Origin: Sphaeroforma arctica JP610
Taxonomy: Eukaryota
DNA: 32,315 nucleotides
Reading direction: 5' to 3'
NCBI RefSeq assembly: GCF_001186125.1
Contig: NW_014040146.1
Coordinates: forward strand, 6,188-38,502
Part shown: piece after piece, positions 24,447 through 32,315 of the stretch
How the letters are laid out: each line of letters opens with the position of its first letter
How positions within the stretch are numbered: the stretch's first letter is position 1
The notes under the pieces: generated by a model
The model's input: the letters and a program-made list of their open reading frames with translations, nothing else
Told to the model about the DNA's origin: nothing
Databases searched by the model: none
Made by a program: the position numbers and the translations under genes

Positions 24447-26567
24447 CTATTTGCGCTCTGTCAAACGATTGGCGATCTCGCTGATGTCTGAACCATACAT
24501 ACGAATGTATGCAGCATTGAGAGAACGGTCGGTGAAACCCATATCATACAACTTGTGCATAATATCCAGATTCTTCTCGTTACCCTTTGCGGTAGTTGCA
24601 CCAGCGCAATCAGCAGAGGACGAATTTTCATATTCATCATCCTCTACCTCTGCGACCGATTCTACTACCATGCACTCCTCTTGTCTAGGGGAGGCAGTAG
24701 TTGTCGTAGTTCTCTCAGGCACAGACTCGGTCTCCACAGATTCATTCTTCTCAGAAGCGACCTCAGCAGACTTCGCAGGCACACTAGTAGCATCGGCAGT
24801 TTTCTGCTTATGGCACTCCTTCTTCTCCGGCTTGCCGCATTTCTTACCGCTAGGTTTAGCCATAGCTTCGTACCCGCTATTGCCGCGACCTTGCTGAGAG
24901 AACATGGCATTCATAAAGGACGCGATAGGGTCCATTCCGGGAGCAGGTGGTGGAGGAGGAGGGCCTCGACCACCACGACGTCCGCATGGGCCACTCTGAG
25001 GTCCTCCGAAATGGACCTCCGGGCCTCCGAAATGGACGTCTGCGCCACCAAACATTCCCCCAAACATATTGGGAAGACCGTCAAACACGTGAGGACCGCT
25101 ACTGAACATATGAGCAATTGGTGGTCCACCTGGCATCATGTGGGGGGGACGAGGGCCGAAGTGCTGGAAATGGGGGGGAGGGGGAGGTGGGTGTGGATGA
25201 CCCTTGCCGTGATGAGGGGGCCGAGGGTGACCACGGGGAGGGGGGTGTGGGTGACCGTCGCCGTGGTGAGGGGGGGGGTGTGGGTGACCGTCACCGTGGT
25301 GAGGGGGGTGTGGGTGACCGTCACCATGGTGGCGATAGCGTGGGTGACCCTTACCATGGTGGCGATGGCGAGGGTGACGAGGTCCTTCCTGTGGACCGTA
25401 ATTCCATGGGCCTCGACGACTGCGCTGTTGACGCAAACGAGGTAGACGAAGCATCAGTAGTGCGTGAGACTCGTCATGACTTTCAGTCTGGAAGCAAGGC
25501 TCGCACAGATCAAAGTTGACACAATCCTGACACTTATAGCGGTTGCCAACAACGGTCTTGTCGCACACGTCGCAAGTTATTCCGGAGTGAACACGTTCCC
25601 CATTTTCGGCACCTTCAGAAGTTTCAGCACACTTTTCACCCTCGCACTCGCAACCCTGACAATCGCACTCGGAAGACTCTGAAGACCCAGATCCTTCAGG
25701 AACCTGCATATTGGCTAGATTTCCAACAATATTATCCATAATATCGGGCATTGCGTTCTGCGCCCATGCTCCGGCAACACTCGCAATGTCATCTGAAATT
25801 CTGTCGCCCGAAGACTCAGACCCCTGAGGAACCTGCATATTGGCTAGATTTCCAACCAGACTGTCCATGATCCCAGGCATAGCGTTCTGCGCCCATTTTT
25901 CGGCAACGCTCGCAATATCATCCCCAACTCTGTCGCCATCTTTATGACCCATGCCTTCCATTCCTCTAAACAAACTTTCTAGGAAATCAAGCGGTTTTGG
26001 TGCTCTCTGTTCTTCTTCCTCATCCACAACAGACTCCGTCTTACTCTCGGTGGATTCGTTTGCATCTGAAACAGCTACATTTGCCTCCTTCTCCTTCTCA
26101 CTCACATTCTTTGACTCCTCATCAGGTTCCATAGCCTCCACCGTCGCCTGTTGTGCGCTCATCTCCTCAGCATCGCTCTCTACCACTGGCTGCACGACTT
26201 CGGGTTCTTCGATAGTAGGCTCGACAATAAGCTCCTCTATTGCTTCAACTAGAACAGTATCGTCAACATCGTCAAAATCTACAACCTCGACAGGGGTAGG
26301 TGCCCCCTCGGCGTCGACTGAATCCGTGCGCGCAGCAGAAGCTACGTTCGTGAGCAACACTCGCAAAGTACCCTTAGACTCATCTAATGCCTCCTGAAAG
26401 TCGTCCTCTGTGCTTATGGTAACGTGATCTCCATCTTCGTCGACATACTTTGCCGTAAAATCCTGTGCATCGAAACGAGACCTTATCTGGCTCGCTGCAT
26501 CTGCCCAGTTGTCTACTTTCAGACGGCGTACGTCACTTTGGCCATTTATGACCTTAATGCTCGTCAT
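24447..26567 (-). CDS. p62/SQSTM1-like autophagy receptor, paralogue 2 (PB1-ZZ-His/Pro-rich-UBA), single exon, 706 aa
   Basis: Same N-terminus MTSIKVING, PB1 OPCA motif YVDEDGDHVTISTEDDF, ZZ finger HSGITCDVCDKTVVGNRYKCQDCVNFDLCEPCF..H...H, and a UBA (LYDMGFTDRSLNAAYIRMYGSDISEIANRL) nearly identical to paralogue 1. Confidence 0.92.
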   Translation of the reverse strand: MTSIKVINGQSDVRRLKVDNWADAASQIRSRFDAQDFTAKYVDEDGDHVTISTEDDFQEALDESKGTLRVLLTNVASAARTDSVDAEGAPTPVEVVDFDDVDDTVLVEAIEELIVEPTIEEPEVVQPVVESDAEEMSAQQATVEAMEPDEESKNVSEKEKEANVAVSDANESTESKTESVVDEEEEQRAPKPLDFLESLFRGMEGMGHKDGDRVGDDIASVAEKWAQNAMPGIMDSLVGNLANMQVPQGSESSGDRISDDIASVAGAWAQNAMPDIMDNIVGNLANMQVPEGSGSSESSECDCQGCECEGEKCAETSEGAENGERVHSGITCDVCDKTVVGNRYKCQDCVNFDLCEPCFQTESHDESHALLMLRLPRLRQQRSRRGPWNYGPQEGPRHPRHRHHGKGHPRYRHHGDGHPHPPHHGDGHPHPPPHHGDGHPHPPPRGHPRPPHHGKGHPHPPPPPPHFQHFGPRPPHMMPGGPPIAHMFSSGPHVFDGLPNMFGGMFGGADVHFGGPEVHFGGPQSGPCGRRGGRGPPPPPPAPGMDPIASFMNAMFSQQGRGNSGYEAMAKPSGKKCGKPEKKECHKQKTADATSVPAKSAEVASEKNESVETESVPERTTTTTASPRQEECMVVESVAEVEDDEYENSSSADCAGATTAKGNEKNLDIMHKLYDMGFTDRSLNAAYIRMYGSDISEIANRLTERK
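25680..25937 (-). repeat. 129-bp (43-aa) internal coding duplication in p62-2
   Basis: GDRVGDDIASVAEKWAQNAMPGIMDSLVGNLANMQVPQGSESS followed by GDRISDDIASVAGAWAQNAMPDIMDNIVGNLANMQVPEGSGSS. Confidence 0.95.
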
Positions 26568-26647
26568 GATTAGTATGTATTATTAATTGACGCTTTATTT
26601 TAACTCACAGGCGAAATAATCTGACCAGTTTCAAAAAAGGAGCTGGT

Positions 26648-26656
26648 CTTTATATA
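26648..26656 (-). promoter_or_regulatory. TATA box of p62 paralogue 2
   Basis: TATATAAAG on the minus strand about 80-90 bp upstream of ATG 26567. Confidence 0.6.
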
Positions 26657-29359
26657 GCCAATAGTTTGTATCGCATTTTAGTGTATACGTGGAGTGGGGT
26701 ACATTTATTGTAAGAATTTCAGAGATAAAAGGTGAAATTCGTTTACTTACGAGTTACGGCTGAAAAATTTGAAAAATACAGGTTCTCGAATTTATTTATA
26801 GAGGCTTGGTTTTTAAGCCGGGTTATGCCCAAAATGATGACTCATAATTCTGACAATTTTCCCGAACGACGGTTTGTATTTGTATATTTTCAAAAAGAAA
26901 AAGAAAAAGAGTCTACAGTCGACACTCAACAGAGGATGTATTTATTTTACCATTTATATACTATTTAAAAAAATATTTACTCATTATATTTTGTATATTT
27001 TCTAACTCGAAAGGATTGGGTATGTTTTAAGAACATATATTTAAAAAAATATAACTTTAAATACAATTGTTTATTTTCAAATGAGGTCGACATTCAGAAA
27101 ACGTGCTGAACTGTGAACATATGACGAAAGAAGTAGTTAGAAATAAAGAACAGACAAAAACTACTTCAGATGTTTTAAAGTTAAAAATGAGAAGTGAAGA
27201 TTTTTCTGCAAATGCTATTTTGATGTATACGATTTTTGAGCAAAAGCAATATTGTCAATCTTAAAAGTCCGACGTCCGTGATTTTGCTGAAAAGCCTCGT
27301 CGTCCTTTAGTTCGCCTCTGTGCCTTCGGGCCATACAGCGAGAACGCGCGAGACGAACAGTACCAGTGGTGACGTGAATCTCCCACTGGCCCGCAGAGTA
27401 TATTTTTGTTTTTCTAAAAATTAAAAATTAGATTCCAGGGGTCTTGTCTTCCTCAGGGTAGGATGGTGGGTGTTTCTTCTTTCTGGGGCTTCTGGGGGTT
27501 GTATCCCGAGCTACCATGACATTATTATGTAGCGATCTGTACGTTTTCTTATTGCATTTTGGGAAAGCACATGATTCTTTTTCCTAAATTAAGAATCTGA
27601 ACCCAATTTCTATTAATCCTTAACCCAAAATCCGCAGAATCCAGAACTTAAACCCATTTTTATTTCGTTACATGATTATTAATTAAGAATAAGATATTGA
27701 TCGTGTCAAAGCGGTGGTTCTTAATAATAAATCCATAATGCGTACTCCTTATTTCTTAATTAAGCCAATTTTGTTTCAAGATAATTTCTTAATAATGAAC
27801 GACATATTAAGTGAGATAACATTCATATTTCTTAAAAAAGATATTATTTGGCGCTTGTGTACACAACTACACGTATGATGAAGATTTTACCACTACGAAT
27901 AAATAATTAAATACATACTAAAATACAACTTTAACAGACCACGACTTCAAAGCTGTGCTCAGTAAGATCTGTGCCGCGAGACTCCTTTACGGATATAAAT
28001 GAACGTCTACAGATTTGAGATGCAGCATGTATAATGCTCTATGTATCCGCTTACGACGACAATGACAAAAAAAAGTGGCAGTGATAAGTTGGATTAATCA
28101 AGGTACAATCGTTTCTGTCGTTGTAAACTTCGATGGAAATTACTAGGTTTCAAACTATATTAAACTAAAATACAATTTAGTCAGTTAGGATTTAGTAGTG
28201 GTAGCTTGTGTAAGAATGATCGGGACTGCCTCTTGTTAAGAGCCTAAATATCCTCGATCACACAGGGCGTACCTCTAGCTGTTCTTTATTGAATAATTTT
28301 CACTAGAAGTACTAAGTGTTCATGACCACATGCCTAATTTGTAGATAGACATAATAACGTAAGTCACGTTAATACATGAGCTGATATAAATAATGTTCCA
28401 TCTGAAGAAAAGTTAAAAAAAGAAAAAGACTTATTGGATTTTGGAGATTGGCGGGAGGACCAAAATCTATAAGTAGTAGTTCGGAGAATATAAAATTTAG
28501 TTTATAATATCCTACATCTACTAATGTCTCAAATAGGTCCAAGTAAATGAGTCATACCAAATACTCAGGCTATTGGAGCCATCAAAGTGAATTTAGAACA
28601 CTTTGGAAATATTGGAAAAAGAGCTTGTATTAAATTATTTAAAATACAAATAAAAACCAATGTATTATCTCAATTGATCTTGATATTTTAGACTGACCGG
28701 AGGCTGTATTTCTACATCGTCAGAAATGATGCTCTACATCAAAATGCAACATCCCGACATCAATGAACCTATCGATGAAACTATGTAAATTTAGAAACAA
28801 AGAATAATAAAATAAACGCATATAGTATTTGTCGGGAATCTCACTAGATGGGTTCTGCCTTTACACTTTAAAACACCACACTCTGGTGGCATGATAATTG
28901 ATTGATACTATGAGTGATGAGTATGTGAATGAAAATATATATAATGTAATGATCTGTAATATATTCCCCGTTGTATCGCTGTTTTGACGATCACCTAATC
29001 ACGCTGTCAGAATTTGTTGGCCAATAAATATAATTTTGACCACTAAATTTCTATACAATTTACATACATAAAAAAATGATATACCAATTTGACTACTTTT
29101 AATATTTTCCTTAGTCAAAAGAAGGTAGCCTCAACATGCGTTTTGACTTGCTGACGCTTTTATGTGTCCCAAAATAGTCTATAAATGTTGTGTGTACTAA
29201 TGTGACCTCAAAATACACTGTTTTTTTTTTGGCAAATTTACCATAATAATTCACCAAACCGAAAATCGCCTTCTTTTTTTACCAATTCCAAAAGTACCTT
29301 CTTTTTTCACTGATTTTTTTTGTACACTGTCGTTTATTTATTTATTTTTAGATAAATTT

Positions 29360-30312
29360 TTACAAAAAGTCTTGAGGGACCAACTGACGTCGTGTCTTGA
29401 CATTGCGCGACGACAGCACGCGTACATGCAAACGGTCAGCGTGGAACGGTGCAATATAGTGTCGGCGATCTAAATGACATCGATGAATTGCAACCAACTT
29501 CCATCTCACACCTATGCGGCGGCTGCGTCTGGGAAGTACCGCTGCCAGCGCATCATCGGTCAGGACACGATTGTACATTTGTCTCTCTTCCGGACTCATG
29601 GTGGCAACAGTCATTGCGCTCCAAATAGCAGGTAACATTGAAAGATCGCTGGAGCCTATCACCTCGATGTCCGACTCATCTACATCGCTGCTGTCAAATG
29701 CAAACTCTCGATCATCATCCAAGGGACCAAACATGAACTCCAACTCCGCGGCCGCGGCCCGTCGCGCGTTCTCACAAGCCTTTTTCTCGGCTTCCTGGCG
29801 ATCGACCACGAGATGATTGGCCGCGTGTAAGGATAGTTTCGCATACTTCTCGCTCTCCGGTATATACACTATCGCCACCCCATCGCTGTCACACGTAGAG
29901 TGTACCGTGGCAGACACCTGTCCGATAAGGATCTGCTCGCCATCAAGAGACCCACGGGGCTTGGTTAACGTACACTTGTATGATGCACCGCGCAGCAGGG
30001 ACTCGTAATCGGCGGCCAGCTTTATAGTCGGCAGCTGGGTAACTTGGGCTGGGCACAGGTGGCGTTTGAACGCAATAATGTTGAGCTCAACCTCGCACTC
30101 TGCGCACGTCCGACGACAAGTTTCGAGCACCTCGTGTATAGCGCGGTTCTTGAACATGACAAACGTTCTATTGCGACACGTGCAACATGAGTCGCCCTTG
30201 GTCTTGGTCACACAGCTGGCGCACAGTGACGTTCCACAGCAAGAAGACTGTTTGATACCTAGCGTTACTGTGGTACAGATGACACAAGTAAAGTGCGATT
30301 CAAGTATCCCCT

Positions 30313-30316
<4 letters not shown>
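29360..30316 (-). CDS. N-terminal RING-finger protein (putative E3 ubiquitin ligase) with an adjacent C2HC-like Zn finger, intronless, 318 aa
   Basis: FTCVIC...SSCCGTSLCASC...DSCCTCR has RING-type spacing, with the His position replaced. It is followed by CAEC...KRHLC. The C-terminal part is not recognised. Confidence 0.7.
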
Positions 30317-30344
<28 letters not shown>

Positions 30345-30363
30345 TGGTTGCTTGTTGTTGTTG
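30317..30363 (-). repeat. (CAA)n tract directly abutting the RING gene ATG
   Basis: A (gtt)n run on the plus strand reads caacaacaa...caATG on the minus strand. Confidence 0.85.
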
Positions 30364-30501
30364 TGGGGGAGATTGTGAATCAAACCTTGGACTATTCGTT
30401 GCATTTTATACCCCCATTTTTTTTTTCGTTATTGAAACCACCCCCATATGTCAGGCGTGAATGATGATGTTTTTTTTTACGACTCGAGCACACTTATACG
30501 T

Positions 30502-30924
30502 TCAATCAGTGTACCAATAATACTCTCGTGTGCAGCCACCTGTTTCACCAGAGCCTGGTTCTGCTTCAGCCGCAAATCCGACTGCTATAGCCTGTCGCCC
30601 CTGCTGGGTATTTCCCGTGAGATTCCCGATACCTATAGCGTATTCACACTGTTCAGTCTGTCCTGCATTGTTACCAATGCCAATTGCCATTTTACTCTGT
30701 GTGATCATGCCCGCACCATAGCCAATCGCAACACTATTTTCACCTTGCGTAGTGTGTCCGGCATTGTATCCCACGGCAACCGATCGGGTAGCCTGATTTT
30801 TATACCCCGATTGCATGCCAACAGAAACCGATTGGGCAGCCTGATCTCTACTGTTAAAAACGTGATTATCGGCATTTTCATTATTTTCGTCCAAAGACAA
30901 ATCAGACTCAGCCAACGCACACAC
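30502..30924 (-). pseudogene. fragment of a fibre/adhesin-like protein with 15-residue (S/A)(V/I)A(I/V)GxxAG repeats
   Basis: Six periodic units: QAAQSVSVGMQSGYK, NQATRSVAVGYNAGH, TQGENSVAIGYGAGM, TQSKMAIGIGNNAGQ, EQCEYAIGIGNLTGN, QQGRQAIAVG. There is no ATG upstream of the repeats and they end abruptly. They resemble YadA-head-like repeats of phage and giant-virus structural proteins. Confidence 0.6.
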
Positions 30925-30941
30925 GTTTCTTATTTTTTCTT

Positions 30942-31886
30942 TTAGGGACCCTCACAGTTTGTGTATTTGACCTGCTTCGCGGGATCGCAGAGCTTGTGGA
31001 TGCCACCGCCCAGTTTGCAGCTTGTAAACTCAAACTTGGCCACACCGTTGCACGGCCCCTGGTACGCGCCCCCGTAAATGAGGTTGGTGCCTTTCAGCTC
31101 ACAGTTCGTGGCGCGGTACGTCTGTGGCTCCACTCCGACTCTGAATGTCTGGTAATTGTCAAACATGTGCGTGTTGACGAGGTTGATAGTGCCCACGAAC
31201 GAGTTGCCGGCCTGGATGCTTTTGTCCTTTGCCTTTGACATTGAGCAGTTGACGAGGTTCAGCGTCCCGTCCCTGGCCTCCTCGCGGAACGAGCACGCGT
31301 CCTCGCCCACGTCTGTCCAGGTGACATTGTTGAGGGTCCACGTATCGCTCTTTGACGTACTCTTGCTCACAAACCAGATGCCATCGAGCCCGTTTGCGGA
31401 CAATATGACGTTCTTGATGGTGCCGCCGGGATAGAGCTTAAAGTATGGTTTCTGATCCTCGGCCTGGCTGCCGTCACCCATAGCGCCGCTGGGCACAATG
31501 GTCTGGCATTTCCCGTCGTACGTCTCACCACTCTCTACAATGATTGTATCGCTAATGTTTTTCGTGCCACTGCTCGTGCACAGCTTCACAGACGGATCGA
31601 TCCCCACGATACTGCCATTGCCCCCCGCGCCATCGTCACCACCGCCTTCGCCATCAATCCCAGAGTCATCGTCACCACCGCCTTCGCCATCGCTTCCAGC
31701 AGTCCCCGTTGATTGGTTTTGCGTCTGCACACTCGTATTGCCAGTACTAGATGTCGTCGACGTGTTGCCTAGACTCTGCACAGGAACGTCGGGTGTGCTT
31801 TTAGCATACACAACTACGGCCACCACCACTCCGACAATGATTATGAGAAGGAACAATGAGAGTAGAATAAGCGATGTCGCATCCAT
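30942..31886 (-). CDS. membrane-anchored pectate lyase, polysaccharide lyase family 3-like, intronless, 314 aa
   Basis: N-terminal hydrophobic anchor, Ser/Thr/Gly/Asp linker, then PL3 motifs V.SGETYDG, GDGSQAEDQKPYFKL..GGTIKNVI, DGI, NVTWTDVGEDA and AKDK.IQ. Confidence 0.82.
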   Translation of the reverse strand: MDATSLILLSLFLLIIIVGVVVAVVVYAKSTPDVPVQSLGNTSTTSSTGNTSVQTQNQSTGTAGSDGEGGGDDDSGIDGEGGGDDGAGGNGSIVGIDPSVKLCTSSGTKNISDTIIVESGETYDGKCQTIVPSGAMGDGSQAEDQKPYFKLYPGGTIKNVILSANGLDGIWFVSKSTSKSDTWTLNNVTWTDVGEDACSFREEARDGTLNLVNCSMSKAKDKSIQAGNSFVGTINLVNTHMFDNYQTFRVGVEPQTYRATNCELKGTNLIYGGAYQGPCNGVAKFEFTSCKLGGGIHKLCDPAKQVKYTNCEGP

Positions 31887-31940
31887 TATTTAGGGTTTAT
31901 TTTAGGGTTTAGGAAAAAAAAATAGGGTCCCCCGGACGAG

Positions 31941-32315
31941 TTATGCGAGCTTTTTCCAGCCGCTGTTAGTGTCAAGCCAGATCTCGGTTGCCAGCGACTT
32001 GTTCTTTGACAAATCAGAATCGGACACGTCATCATACTCAAAGATCCAAATGGGCTTCTGCCCCGCGGCGACCTCGTGGAACACCTGTGTGTCCCCCCAC
32101 TGGATAGACTCTTCGCATATGAAACCAACATAATTGTCCTGCACGGTCTTGTCCTTGCGAATCAGGTCGGCGGCGTTCTTGAACAACGGCCCGAGTCCCG
32201 TTGCAACGGTGACCTCGCCCAGTTTTCGGGTGTAATCGACTTGGTCAGAGATGTCTTCATCTGAATTTTCAATGTTGTCAAACTCTATATATGTAGAAAT
32301 ACGGGGGAACTGAAC
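31941..32315 (-). CDS. C-terminal part of a GH114-like glycoside hydrolase (endo-alpha-1,4-polygalactosaminidase family); 5' end lies outside the window
   Basis: The frame is open from the window edge: VQFPRISTYIEFDNIENSDEDISDQVDYTRKLGEVTVATGLGPLFKNAADL...GFICEESIQWGDTQVF...QKPIWIFEY. The spacing of E.DN, DQ..Y...L, GL....KN, EE and KP....EY matches GH114 from memory. Confidence 0.62.
   Translation of the reverse strand, partial: VQFPRISTYIEFDNIENSDEDISDQVDYTRKLGEVTVATGLGPLFKNAADLIRKDKTVQDNYVGFICEESIQWGDTQVFHEVAAGQKPIWIFEYDDVSDSDLSKNKSLATEIWLDTNSGWKKLA

Larger units (their letters stand above)
29360..32315 (-). mobile_element. candidate endogenous viral (giant-virus-like) or horizontally acquired gene block, right end outside the window
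   Basis: Four co-oriented intronless ORFs with gaps of 54, 17 and ~185 bp and A/T-run intergenics, in sharp contrast to the intron-rich host genes. No viral hallmark gene is present in the window. Confidence 0.55.

Noticed and set aside
870..26567. p62 copies acting as terminal inverted repeats of a mobile element, and their identical 706-aa length
   Set aside because: The copies are well diverged with different internal repeats, and there is no transposase or TSD. The equal length is most simply coincidence.
31887..31940. Telomere-like TTAGGG/TTTAGG units in the GH114-PL3 spacer
   Set aside because: There are only two or three degenerate units between coding genes, not an array.

Overview
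This is eukaryotic genomic DNA with GT-AG introns full of (TA)n microsatellites and minisatellites. The gene content suggests a unicellular holozoan such as an ichthyosporean, but that is inference. From left to right it contains: (1) an intronless p62/SQSTM1-like autophagy receptor gene (PB1-ZZ-LIR-UBA, 870-2990 +); (2) a 14-exon type I membrane protein gene (signal peptide, LRRs, TSP1, Thr/Pro stalk, TM, short tail; 4088-14042 +, ~739 aa); (3) an 11-exon fused beta-alpha cobalt-type nitrile hydratase gene with a His-rich linker (23493-16598 -, 476 aa); (4) a second intronless p62 paralogue in the opposite orientation (24447-26567 -), whose C-terminal LIR appears mutated; (5) about 2.4 kb of AT-rich DNA without long ORFs, containing a small GC-rich structured island; (6) a tightly packed, intronless, co-oriented block running off the right edge: GH114-like hydrolase, membrane-anchored PL3 pectate lyase, a truncated viral-fibre-like repeat ORF and a RING protein. 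This last block looks like the edge of an endogenous giant-virus or other horizontally acquired element. Exon models were built by hand from splice sites and phase continuity. Family calls rest on motif recognition, not database searches.
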